A stretch of 64,000 bases of DNA from an uncultured Veillonellaceae bacterium. GTDB lineage: Bacteria > Bacillota > Negativicutes > UBA1444. The DNA lies in assembly GCA_964601085.1 (NCBI GenBank), contig CAZRLN010000002.1:48207-112206 (forward strand), written 5' to 3'. The notes beneath the pieces were generated by a model, which was given only the letters and a program-made list of their open reading frames with translations, did no database searches and was not told where the DNA came from. Both the position numbers and the translations under genes were made by a program. Positions 8,845-18,213 of the stretch are shown piece after piece. Every line of letters begins with the position of its first letter. The stretch's first letter is position 1.

Positions 8845-11429
8845 ATTACACCCCCATGATGGAACAGTATCGTGAGGTAAAAAAACAACATCCGCAGGAT
8901 TTGCTGATGTTCCGTCTCGGCGATTTTTACGAATTGTTTTTTGACGATGCGGAACTGGCGGCGCGGGAGCTGGAAATCACCCTGACTTCCCGGGAAGCCG
9001 GTAACAACAACCGCGTTCCGATGTGCGGAGTGCCTTACCACGCTGTCGACGGCTACCTTGCCCGTTTGATCGCCAAAGGTTACCGGGTTGCGATTTGCGA
9101 ACAGATGGAAGATCCCCGGCAGGCGAAAGGGATCGTGAAACGGGAAGTCGTCCGGGTGGTGACGCCGGGAACGATTTTGTCCGAAAACGTACTGGCCGAA
9201 CGGGGAAATAATTATCTGGCCTTGGTATGGGAAGAAGGAGCGGAACTGGCGCTGGCCGCCGCCGATATTTCAACCGGTGAGTTCTTGTGGGCGATATTTG
9301 GCGGCGCCGATCGTTATTCGGCGCTATTGAATCAATTGTCGCGGTTGTTTCCGGCCGAACTGGTGGTGACGGGAAAACTTGAGCGATGGGATGAAATGGA
9401 GCGTTTTCTGCAAACGCGGTTAAGCGGCTGCACCGTAACCAACTTTGTGAACGAGACGACGGATACCTGGCGGGAATTGCCGGCAAAGCACTTTCCGACG
9501 GCGGAACTTCCGGCGGAGGCGGTTGCCTTTACAGCCGTTGCTCGACTCTTGCAATACCTGCATCAAACTTTGAAAACGGATTTATCCCATGTGAACCGGC
9601 TGACGCGGTTCCGGCTGCAAGATGCCCTGATGTTGGACGCGACTACGTTGCGAAATCTGGAAATTACCCGCAACATGCGCGAAGGAAGCAAACGCGGCAG
9701 CCTGCTGGGAGTTCTGGACTACACGACGACGGCCATGGGCGGTCGGTTGTTGCGGCAGTGGCTGGAAACTCCGTTGGTGAACTTGCTGGAAATCCGACGT
9801 CGCCATGATGCCGTTGAGGAGTTACTCGGCGCTCCGGCTGTCCGCCAAATCGTGCGCGAACGCTTGAAATCCGTATATGATCTGGAGCGGATTTTGACGC
9901 GGATTGAAGTAGGCAGCGCCAATGCCCGGGATCTGGCCGCCTTGCGGAGCTCCTTCGAAATCCTTCCCGAACTGAAACAGATTCTGCGGGAACTGAAAAC
10001 GACCGCATTGGCGGAGATCGGGTTGGGGATGGTGACTCATGTCGATTGCGCGGAAATGATCGGGGCGGCGATTGTCGATTCCCCGCCGTTTTCCGTGCGC
10101 GAAGGCGGCTTTATCCGTGATGGCTACGATCTGGAGCTGGATGAATTGCGCAGCTTGTCGCGCGACAGCCGGCAATGGGTTCAAGATTTGGAAACACGGG
10201 AAAAGGAAAGCACTGGCATCAAATCCCTGAAAATCAGCTACAATAAAGTGTTCGGTTATTATATCGAAGTGACTCACGCCAATACGACGGCCGTACCGGC
10301 CAACTATGTCCGCAAGCAGACCCTGGTCAACGCGGAACGGTATATCACGCCCGAATTGAAGGAATTTGAAACCAAGATTCTTGGGGCACAGGAAAAGATC
10401 GTCAACATTGAGTATCATTTGTTCTGCACGGTTCGGGATTTCATCAAGAAACAGTTGCCGGAAATTCAGGCAACCGCCCGACATCTGGCTGTTTTGGATT
10501 GCCTGCTGTCGTTTGCGGAGGCGGCGTCGAATCATCGCTATGTCCGGCCCGAAATGACCGAAGATCAGCGCATTGTCATTCGGGATGGCCGCCATCCCGT
10601 GGTGGAGCGGCTGTTGGCGGGAGAGATTTTTGTACCCAACGATACATTTCTGGATCCGGCGGAGTGTGAAGTGATGATTCTGACCGGCCCCAATATGGCG
10701 GGAAAATCGACCTATATGCGTCAGGTCGCCTTGTTGACGCTGATGGCGCAAGCCGGGTCGTTCATTCCGGCGAAAGAAGCGAGCATTTCTCCGGTGGACC
10801 GAATCTTTACCCGGGTTGGCGCCAGCGATGACCTGGCGACCGGACAGTCTACATTCATGTTGGAAATGAACGAGGTGTCGCAAATTTTAAAACATGCGAC
10901 ATCCCGTAGCCTGATCATTCTTGACGAAATTGGCCGGGGCACCAGTACCTTCGATGGGATGAGCATTGCCCGCGCCGTGGTCGAGTACGTCAGGGAAAAA
11001 ATACGCGCCAAAACGATTTTCGCCACCCATTATCACGAACTGACCTGTCTGGCGGAGTGGCGTCCCGGGATTCGGAACTATTCCATGGCCGTCAAGGAAC
11101 GGGGCAACGATGTGATGTTTCTGCGGCGCGTTGTCGCCGGCGGCGCGGATAAGAGCTACGGAATTCATGTCGCAAAACTTGCCGGATTGCCGGGAAAAGT
11201 CGTGGAACGGGCCCAGGAACTCCTGATTCAGATTGAATTGGAATCGCCCTGTGCGCCGACGGCGCCGACAGGCAAACCGGCGGAACCCGAGCCGACTCTG
11301 TCGCTGTTCCAGTCCACACTGGCGGACGAAATCATGGCGATCGACGTGATGACGCTGACCCCGCTGGAAGCGCTGAATGTGCTGAACAAACTGAATTTGC
11401 AGGCGAAGCAGGAGGCGGGCAAGCTATGA
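8841..11429 (+). CDS. mutS: DNA mismatch repair protein MutS
   Basis: 862 aa; N-terminal YTPMMEQY and Walker A GPNMAGKST. TTG start overlaps the miaB stop; an alternative ATG lies at 8856. Confidence 0.95.
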   Translation: MNYTPMMEQYREVKKQHPQDLLMFRLGDFYELFFDDAELAARELEITLTSREAGNNNRVPMCGVPYHAVDGYLARLIAKGYRVAICEQMEDPRQAKGIVKREVVRVVTPGTILSENVLAERGNNYLALVWEEGAELALAAADISTGEFLWAIFGGADRYSALLNQLSRLFPAELVVTGKLERWDEMERFLQTRLSGCTVTNFVNETTDTWRELPAKHFPTAELPAEAVAFTAVARLLQYLHQTLKTDLSHVNRLTRFRLQDALMLDATTLRNLEITRNMREGSKRGSLLGVLDYTTTAMGGRLLRQWLETPLVNLLEIRRRHDAVEELLGAPAVRQIVRERLKSVYDLERILTRIEVGSANARDLAALRSSFEILPELKQILRELKTTALAEIGLGMVTHVDCAEMIGAAIVDSPPFSVREGGFIRDGYDLELDELRSLSRDSRQWVQDLETREKESTGIKSLKISYNKVFGYYIEVTHANTTAVPANYVRKQTLVNAERYITPELKEFETKILGAQEKIVNIEYHLFCTVRDFIKKQLPEIQATARHLAVLDCLLSFAEAASNHRYVRPEMTEDQRIVIRDGRHPVVERLLAGEIFVPNDTFLDPAECEVMILTGPNMAGKSTYMRQVALLTLMAQAGSFIPAKEASISPVDRIFTRVGASDDLATGQSTFMLEMNEVSQILKHATSRSLIILDEIGRGTSTFDGMSIARAVVEYVREKIRAKTIFATHYHELTCLAEWRPGIRNYSMAVKERGNDVMFLRRVVAGGADKSYGIHVAKLAGLPGKVVERAQELLIQIELESPCAPTAPTGKPAEPEPTLSLFQSTLADEIMAIDVMTLTPLEALNVLNKLNLQAKQEAGKL

Positions 11430-13306
11430 GTACTTCGATCATTGCTTTGTTGGATGATACCTCGATCAATAAAATCGCCGCCGGCGAAGTAATCGACCGT
11501 CCGTCTTCCGTAGTCAAGGAACTGGTGGAGAATTCCCTGGATGCCGGTGCGCGCCGTATTGAAGTGGAGATCGTCGCGGGTGGTGTGGGAAAAATCACCG
11601 TAATCGATGACGGTTGCGGAATGTCGGCGGCCGATGTCCGGTTGGCGGTTTTGCGGCATGCAACCAGTAAAATCCGGAGCGCGGATGATTTGCTGATGGT
11701 GAAGTCGCTGGGGTTTCGCGGCGAAGCGCTGCCAAGCATCGCTTCGGTTTCCCGGTTTCAACTGGTGAGTCGTCAACCGGGGTCCGAGTTTGGTATACGA
11801 CTGGAGATGGAAGGCGGCCAGTTGCTGGATGTGCAGGAATGCGGCGCAGAGGTCGGCACCGTGGTCCGGGTCGCCGATTTGTTTTACAATACGCCGGCGC
11901 GGTTGAAATTCATGAAAACGGCTGCGGCGGAGAGCGCCCATATCCATGACGCGTTGGTCCGGCTGTCCATTTCCCGGCCTGATGTCACTTTTCGCCTGAC
12001 CAATAATGACCGGACTTCCTTGCATACCCCGGGCAGCGGTCAGCTGTCGGATACCTTGTCGTCCCTGTATGGTCCGGACACCCTGCAACTGTTATTTCCG
12101 ATCGATTATCGACAGGATGAAATCCGCATAACGGGCTTTGCGGCGCGGCCTTCGGTCCGCAAAGGGTCGCGGCAGTGGCAGAGTTTCACGGTAAATCGCC
12201 GGGTGATCGGCAGCCGGATGCTGAACCGGGCAGTCGACACCGCGTATCAGTCGTTGCTGCCAGTGGGCAGTTATCCGCTGGTTGCCTTGCAAATCGAAGT
12301 GGCGTCGGAACAAGTGGATGTCAACGTGCACCCGCAAAAAGCCGAAGTAAAGTTTCAGGATGAACGGGCGGTGTTCCGGGCCGTTCACGCCGCGTTGAAG
12401 GAAGCGTTGACGATATCGTCCCAGCCGGCGGCGGCGGCCGCCGCTTTTGACCATGAAGTCTATCGTCCGCAATATTCCGCGTCGTTCTTGCGGGAAAACC
12501 CGCCGCCTTCTCGCGTGCAGTCCAGCTTTTCGTTCGAAACGCCGGTCCTGGACGCCGCGGGCACAGAGGGCCGTTCATTAGGAGAAGAGGAAGCGAGGAG
12601 CCTACGGCCTTCTCACCTTGCTGATTCGGCAGAGGATGTAAGTTTTTACGTACCTGCGCCGGTAAGCAGGGAAGAAGTTCCGATCAATACCGTGAATAAT
12701 TCGACAACGGAACCGGACACCGCAACGCCGGCGGTGGAAAACCGGCTCAAAGCTTTGGCGCAGTATGCCCGGTGCTATATTCTCGCGGACGATGGCGACA
12801 GCTTGTATATTGTCGATCAACATGCGGCGCATGAACGGCTGCTGTTTGATCTATTGTCGAAAAAACAGGCGCCGGCCGCTTTTCAGACGTTGCTGATTCC
12901 CCGGGTGTTTGATTTGGATCCATTGGAAGTGCAGGCGGCGGAAACTTATGTCCATGAACTTGCCGGCCTGGGATTCGCCTATGATTGGGTGGGGCCCTGC
13001 GCCGTCCGGATTTCCGAACTGCCGACCCATATACCGCCCGATGAGGCGGAAAGCTTGTTTCATCAGATTTTGTCCTCGGCGTTGACCTTGAAAACGCCCG
13101 ATACGGAAACATTCCGTCAGTTGTGGATTGAAACCGCCGCCTGCCATATGGCGGTCCGGGCCGGGCAAACGTTGAATCAGCCGCAGATGCAAGGTTTGTT
13201 GGATGACTTGATGAAAGCGGAGCGACCCTATACCTGCCCGCATGGGCGGCCGACGCTGATCCGGCTGACGGAAAAAGACCTTGCCCGTCTGTTTAAGAGA
13301 ATATGA
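11426..13306 (+). CDS. mutL: DNA mismatch repair protein MutL
   Basis: 626 aa; GHKL ATPase motifs (IAAGEVIDRP; ELVENSLDAG); start overlaps the mutS stop. Confidence 0.95.
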   Translation: MSTSIIALLDDTSINKIAAGEVIDRPSSVVKELVENSLDAGARRIEVEIVAGGVGKITVIDDGCGMSAADVRLAVLRHATSKIRSADDLLMVKSLGFRGEALPSIASVSRFQLVSRQPGSEFGIRLEMEGGQLLDVQECGAEVGTVVRVADLFYNTPARLKFMKTAAAESAHIHDALVRLSISRPDVTFRLTNNDRTSLHTPGSGQLSDTLSSLYGPDTLQLLFPIDYRQDEIRITGFAARPSVRKGSRQWQSFTVNRRVIGSRMLNRAVDTAYQSLLPVGSYPLVALQIEVASEQVDVNVHPQKAEVKFQDERAVFRAVHAALKEALTISSQPAAAAAAFDHEVYRPQYSASFLRENPPPSRVQSSFSFETPVLDAAGTEGRSLGEEEARSLRPSHLADSAEDVSFYVPAPVSREEVPINTVNNSTTEPDTATPAVENRLKALAQYARCYILADDGDSLYIVDQHAAHERLLFDLLSKKQAPAAFQTLLIPRVFDLDPLEVQAAETYVHELAGLGFAYDWVGPCAVRISELPTHIPPDEAESLFHQILSSALTLKTPDTETFRQLWIETAACHMAVRAGQTLNQPQMQGLLDDLMKAERPYTCPHGRPTLIRLTEKDLARLFKRI

Positions 13307-14100
13307 TTGTTACCACTTCTTTGCGTGCGTTAGCCGCCGATGTGACGCTGGCCTGCCGGTTGGCGCAGGAGCTCGGTGCGGAATACGCCCCACGCCAGGA
13401 ACGACCGCTGGCCGTCATGCAGGCGGAATATCATACGAATTTGATGATCGTTTTCGAACAGGGGCAGCCCGTCGCCTATCAGGGAGACAGCCGCTTTTTC
13501 TTTCATCGGGGGATGGCGGAGTTGCGGATTCTGAATCTTATCCGCACCGGCCATGATCCGATGATTAAAGCCATGGAATTGTCAGCGGGCCTGTCGGTGC
13601 TGGATTGTACGCTGGGCCTGGCGGCCGATGCACTGGTCGCCGCTTTTGTCGCCGGCGACGCCGGCAGTGTGCTGGGAGTCGAAGCCTCGCCGATTGTGGC
13701 GGCATTGACCCGCTGGGGCTTGGCGGAACTTCAGGCAGCCGGTTCGGATGCCCGTGCGCAGACCAAACTGGCCGCCGGGAGAATTTGGGTGAGAAACGGC
13801 CGACATCAGGATGTTCTGGCCGAACTGCCGGACAATTCGTTTGACATCGTGTACTTTGACCCCATGTTTCGCCGCCCCAAGGTCGGTAGCTGCGGGATTC
13901 AGCCCTTACGGGACTTCGCCGCCGCCGACCCGTTGGATATTACATCCCTGCGGGAAGCGCTTCGTGTCGCCCGGTTGCGGGTTGTGGTCAAGGAAACGCA
14001 AGGCAGCCGGGAATTCGAACGTTTGGGAATCCGACGGATTGCCGGCGGGCGATATAGTTCCGTTCATTACGGAATTTTGCTCAAGGAGGAACAGAGTTGA
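13303..14100 (+). CDS. class I SAM-dependent methyltransferase, RsmJ/DUF548-like
   Basis: 265 aa; SAM fold motif VLDCTLGLAADAL and FDIVYFDPMF, similar to E. coli RsmJ (VVYLDPMF). ATGA overlap with the mutL stop. Confidence 0.6.
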   Translation: MIVTTSLRALAADVTLACRLAQELGAEYAPRQERPLAVMQAEYHTNLMIVFEQGQPVAYQGDSRFFFHRGMAELRILNLIRTGHDPMIKAMELSAGLSVLDCTLGLAADALVAAFVAGDAGSVLGVEASPIVAALTRWGLAELQAAGSDARAQTKLAAGRIWVRNGRHQDVLAELPDNSFDIVYFDPMFRRPKVGSCGIQPLRDFAAADPLDITSLREALRVARLRVVVKETQGSREFERLGIRRIAGGRYSSVHYGILLKEEQS

Positions 14101-15032
14101 ACCGTCTGCTTGTGATTGTCGGACCGACTGCCGTGGGGAAAAGCGGTTTGGCCATGCAATTGGCCCAGCACTTTGGCTGCGAGATCGTTTCCGGCGATTC
14201 GATGTGCGTTTATCATGGCCTGAATATTGGCGCCGCCAAGCCGTCCATTGCCGACCGGCAACAGATTCCGCATCATTTGATCGACATCCGGCAGCCGGAG
14301 GAAGAGTTTTCTGTCGTGGATTTCCAGCAGCTGGCCGCAGCAGCGATCGAATCCTCGAACCAGCGCGGCCGACTTCCCTTGTTGGTCGGAGGAACCGGCT
14401 TATATGTGCAGGCATTGCTGGAAGGCTATCAATTTAACCCCACCCGGCGAAATCCTGCTTCCGCATTGCAAAATCAGTTTGAAACCGAGGAAACGTCGGC
14501 ATTGCATCAGCGGTTAAGTTTGCTTGATCCGGCAACGGCGGCACGGATTCATCCCCACGATCGGAAACGGGTTCTACGGGCATTGGAGATTTTTTCTACG
14601 GAAGAACAGTCCATTTCCCGAACGAAAACAAGCACGGATCACGGGTTGCTATACGACTGTCTGGTATTGGGGATTACGATGGAACGAAGCGAACTATATC
14701 GACGTATTGATGCCAGGGTTGATCAGATGCTTGCGGACGGGTTGGTGGAGGAAGTGCGGGCGTTGTGGCAGAGGGATTTGACTGGCCAGGCGACCGCTCT
14801 GCAGGCGATCGGCTATAAAGAACTGATTGCCTGGTTCCAGGGGAAAGTCAGCCTGGAAGAGGCGGTTTCCCAAATCAAGCAATCGAGCCGCCGTTATGCC
14901 AAGCGACAATTGACCTGGTTTCGCCGAATGCCTTATATTCATTGGCTGGAGCGGACGGCGGACGATGAAACCGGCGCAGTGGTATTCCATGAAGCAACGC
15001 GGCAGGTTGCGGAAAAATTTTCAATCAAGTAG
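14097..15032 (+). CDS. miaA: tRNA dimethylallyltransferase MiaA
   Basis: P-loop GPTAVGKS; full-length similarity. TTG start overlaps the upstream stop. Confidence 0.93.
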   Translation: MNRLLVIVGPTAVGKSGLAMQLAQHFGCEIVSGDSMCVYHGLNIGAAKPSIADRQQIPHHLIDIRQPEEEFSVVDFQQLAAAAIESSNQRGRLPLLVGGTGLYVQALLEGYQFNPTRRNPASALQNQFETEETSALHQRLSLLDPATAARIHPHDRKRVLRALEIFSTEEQSISRTKTSTDHGLLYDCLVLGITMERSELYRRIDARVDQMLADGLVEEVRALWQRDLTGQATALQAIGYKELIAWFQGKVSLEEAVSQIKQSSRRYAKRQLTWFRRMPYIHWLERTADDETGAVVFHEATRQVAEKFSIK

Positions 15033-15065
15033 AATAATCATAGAATCAATTGGCGGAGGTGTGCT

Positions 15066-15317
15066 ATGACCGTTAAACTGTTGAATTTACAGGACAGTTT
15101 CTTGAACCAGATTCGCAAGGAAAATATTCCGGTGATTGTCTATCTGGCCAACGGATTTCAGTTGCGTGGCTCGGTGCGCGGCTTCGATAGCTTCACGGTG
15201 ATTCTGGAGAATGATGGAAAACAACAGTTGGTCTACAAGCACGCAATTTCCACCATAACGCCGATTCGGCCATTGCAGCCGATCTTTATGGAAAAACGTG
15301 AGGACTCGGCCGAATGA
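15066..15317 (+). CDS. hfq: RNA chaperone Hfq
   Basis: 83 aa; Sm motifs ([26 protein letters not shown]...YKHAISTI). SD GGAGGTG. Confidence 0.93.
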   Translation: MTVKLLNLQDSFLNQIRKENIPVIVYLANGFQLRGSVRGFDSFTVILENDGKQQLVYKHAISTITPIRPLQPIFMEKREDSAE

Positions 15318-15340
15318 GCCGGTGCAGGAAAGGAGAGAGG

Positions 15341-15367
15341 CCCCGGGTTGATCGCCTGGGGTTTTCC
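15341..15367 (+). terminator. short GC hairpin with U-tail after hfq (partial terminator/attenuator before hflX)
   Basis: CCCCGGG-ttgatcg-CCTGGGG, a 7-bp stem with one G-U pair, followed by TTTTCC. Confidence 0.45.
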
Positions 15368-15376
15368 TGTGATTGA

Positions 15377-16657
15377 ATGTACGATCAGCAAGATACTAAT
15401 CACCAAGACAGAGTTGTAATCGTCGGCACTGACATTGACAAGGAACAAAAAGTCGAGGAAACGCTGCAGGAACTGGAACGCCTGGTGGAAACGGCCGGCG
15501 GCGAAACCGTGGGCCGCATCATTCAGCGACGGGAGTCGCCGGATCCGGCGACCTACATCGGCAAGGGAAAGCTGGAGGAACTGAAAGCGTTACAGACGGA
15601 AACACAGGCGACAACCGTGATTTTCGATGATCAGCTTTCACCGGCCCAACAGCGTAATCTGGAAAAGGCTCTCGAAGTCAAGGTGCTGGATCGAACGGCT
15701 CTGATCCTCGATATTTTTGCCCAACGGGCCCGATCGCATGAAGGCCAACTGCAGGTGGAACTGGCGCAGATGCGCTATGTTTTGCCCCGACTTGGCGGGA
15801 AGGGCCTGGTGTTGTCGCGTCTGGGCGGCGGCATCGGTACGCGGGGACCGGGGGAAACCAAGCTTGAAGTCGATCGCCGAAGAATTCGCAGCAAGATTCA
15901 CGACATTGAGGAAGAAATCAAGAATGTCTGCGCCCAACGCGCCGTACACCGCTCCCGCCGGGTGCAGTCGGGCTTGCCTTGTATCGCGATTGTCGGTTAC
16001 ACCAACGCGGGCAAGTCGACGCTGCTGAATCGACTGACGGATGCCGGCGTGTTGGTGGAAGACAAGTTGTTCGCCACGCTGGATCCTACCATCCGCTTGC
16101 TGGTACTTCCTTCCGGACGAAAAGTATTGCTGGCGGATACCGTCGGTTTTATCCGCAAGTTGCCGCATGCCTTGATTGCTGCCTTTCGGGCGACACTGGA
16201 AGAAGTGGTTTACGCGGATGTTCTGATGCATGTGCTGGATGCCGGCGCGCCCGATTGGCAGGAACAGAGCAAAGCCGTGTATGATGTGCTGAAGGAACTT
16301 GGGGTTGCCGATAAGCCGATGATCACCGTGATGAACAAGATCGACAGCCTTAGCGGACCGGCCAAATTCCAGCAATTGTTCTGGAAGGCTGGTGCCGTGG
16401 GGATTTCGGCCAAAGAAGGAAGCGGTATTGAAAAACTGTTTGAAAGCATCGAAGAGGTATTAAGCCGCTTGAATCGGGCGGTGACGCTCTTAATCCCCTA
16501 TGAAGAATCCGGTTTGATGAATTTGTTGTTTGAACAGGCCGTTGTTCAGGAAAAGGAATACAAACCGGAAGGGATTGAAGTCCGGGCGCTATTGACGCCT
16601 GCGGTAGCCGGCCAGTTGGCGGAATATATTATTTCAGGAAAGGAACCAAAAGAGTGA
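15377..16657 (+). CDS. hflX: GTPase HflX
   Basis: 426 aa; G1 GYTNAGKST, G3 DTVGF, and an HflX-type N-domain. No clear SD at the annotated ATG. Confidence 0.9.
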   Translation: MYDQQDTNHQDRVVIVGTDIDKEQKVEETLQELERLVETAGGETVGRIIQRRESPDPATYIGKGKLEELKALQTETQATTVIFDDQLSPAQQRNLEKALEVKVLDRTALILDIFAQRARSHEGQLQVELAQMRYVLPRLGGKGLVLSRLGGGIGTRGPGETKLEVDRRRIRSKIHDIEEEIKNVCAQRAVHRSRRVQSGLPCIAIVGYTNAGKSTLLNRLTDAGVLVEDKLFATLDPTIRLLVLPSGRKVLLADTVGFIRKLPHALIAAFRATLEEVVYADVLMHVLDAGAPDWQEQSKAVYDVLKELGVADKPMITVMNKIDSLSGPAKFQQLFWKAGAVGISAKEGSGIEKLFESIEEVLSRLNRAVTLLIPYEESGLMNLLFEQAVVQEKEYKPEGIEVRALLTPAVAGQLAEYIISGKEPKE

Positions 16658-17910
16658 AGCGATTTTCCCGGAAAAACATTGAACTGAAGAATCAAATTTT
16701 AGAGCAACTTTCTTCCCGTTTCCAAGCGATTGACGAGATTGCGCAACAAAACACCGCGCGAATATTGGATGCTTTTCGAACGCATCAGGTATCCGATTAT
16801 GATTTTCGGCAGACGACAGGGTATGGATATGGCGACAGCGGCCGCGACAAGTTGGATGCGGTCTGGGCGGATATTTTCGGCGCTCCGGCTGCTTTGGTGC
16901 GAAACCAGTTTGTATCCGGCACTCATGCGTTGGCGACCGCTTTGTTCGGAGCACTGCGACCCGGCGATGAATTGTTGTCGCTTACCGGAACCCCGTATGA
17001 CACTTTGTGCACCGTAATCGGCACTTCTTCCCGATCACCGGGCTGTCTTGCGGAATATGGCGTTCGTTATCGGGAAACTCCGTTTGAACAGATTCGTCGG
17101 CCCGAAACATTCGCCGGAATATTGGCGCCGGAAACACGATTGGTATTGATTCAGCGGTCCTGCGGCTACAGTTTGCGGGAATCGCTTTCGGTGGCCGAGA
17201 TTGGCGCCGTTTGTTCGGCGATTAAGGCGATAAAGCCGGATTGCATTGTCATGGTGGACAATTGTTACGGTGAATTCACGGAAGCCTGTGAACCTACGTC
17301 GGTCGGCGTGGATCTGATCGCCGGTTCCCTCATCAAGAACCCTGGCGGTGGGATTGCTCCCACGGGAGGATATATCGCCGGCAGGGCCGATTTGGTGGAG
17401 AGGGCGGCGGCACGTCTGACAGCGCCGGGAATCGGCGCCGAAGTGGGATCGTTTGTCGAAGGCTATCGTCTTTTTTTCCAGGGATTATTTTTGGCGCCGC
17501 ACGTTACGGCCCAGGCGATGAAGAGCGCCTTGTTCGCGGCCGCTTTTTTTGCGGCAAAAGGTTATTCCGTTCAACCGTCTTGCGATGTAGCGCGCCATGA
17601 TATTATCCAGGCTATCGAACTGGGTTCACCGGAAAAACTGACTGCGTTTTGCCGGGGACTGCAACAATATTCACCCGTCGACTCCCATTTAAAGCCAGAA
17701 CCGGCGCCAATGCCTGGATATGCCGATCCTGTCGTCATGGCCGGCGGTACTTTTATTCAAGGGTCTTCGATTGAACTGAGCGCCGACGGTCCGCTTCGCG
17801 AACCTTATGCCATCTATCTGCAGGGAGGGCTGACTTTTGAGCACGCCCTGTTAGCGCTGCTGGGGGCCGCTGAGGAAATGGAAAGAACGTTCACGGAAAC
17901 CAATCATTAA
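16654..17910 (+). CDS. PLP-dependent Cys/Met-metabolism family enzyme (YnbB / aluminium-resistance-protein-like, methionine gamma-lyase family)
   Basis: 418 aa; GTGA overlap with the hflX stop. hflX(ynbA)-ynbB synteny as in B. subtilis. Confidence 0.7.
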   Translation: MKRFSRKNIELKNQILEQLSSRFQAIDEIAQQNTARILDAFRTHQVSDYDFRQTTGYGYGDSGRDKLDAVWADIFGAPAALVRNQFVSGTHALATALFGALRPGDELLSLTGTPYDTLCTVIGTSSRSPGCLAEYGVRYRETPFEQIRRPETFAGILAPETRLVLIQRSCGYSLRESLSVAEIGAVCSAIKAIKPDCIVMVDNCYGEFTEACEPTSVGVDLIAGSLIKNPGGGIAPTGGYIAGRADLVERAAARLTAPGIGAEVGSFVEGYRLFFQGLFLAPHVTAQAMKSALFAAAFFAAKGYSVQPSCDVARHDIIQAIELGSPEKLTAFCRGLQQYSPVDSHLKPEPAPMPGYADPVVMAGGTFIQGSSIELSADGPLREPYAIYLQGGLTFEHALLALLGAAEEMERTFTETNH

Positions 17911-17950
17911 TCTCCTGTTTGCAGGACTCCGTGTTGCGCCTGTCGAACCA

Positions 17951-18205
17951 ATGAATATGGCATACGAGATTGTTGCTTTTTTCGTGGTTTGTTGTGTCTG
18001 TTTGTTGTTGATTGCTACGATGCGATGTTTTCAATGGGCCGTGAGTCTCCGTGCCCTTCTTTGGTGCGGAGCTTTTTCTTATATTGCTCTGTTGATTTTG
18101 CCACAAGTGGTGGTCTGGCCGAGCTCGGAAACAGCGATTCTATTGGCCTTCATAGGAGTAGTGGCGGCCTTGCTCGCCTGGATAATGGCCTATCATGGAT
18201 TTTAA
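17951..18205 (+). CDS. possible small two-TM membrane protein (84 aa), translationally coupled to the vanW-like gene
   Basis: Track ORF; two hydrophobic helices. Its stop (18203-18205) lies 8 nt before the vanW-like ATG. No SD at its own start. Confidence 0.3.
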   Translation: MNMAYEIVAFFVVCCVCLLLIATMRCFQWAVSLRALLWCGAFSYIALLILPQVVVWPSSETAILLAFIGVVAALLAWIMAYHGF

Positions 18206-18213
18206 ACCGGAGA

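Noticed and set aside
17989-18213. 5' extension (75 codons) of the vanW-like ORF
   Set aside because: No homology, no TM or signal logic, and overlaps a better small-ORF candidate. The VanW TM anchor begins right after ATG 18214.
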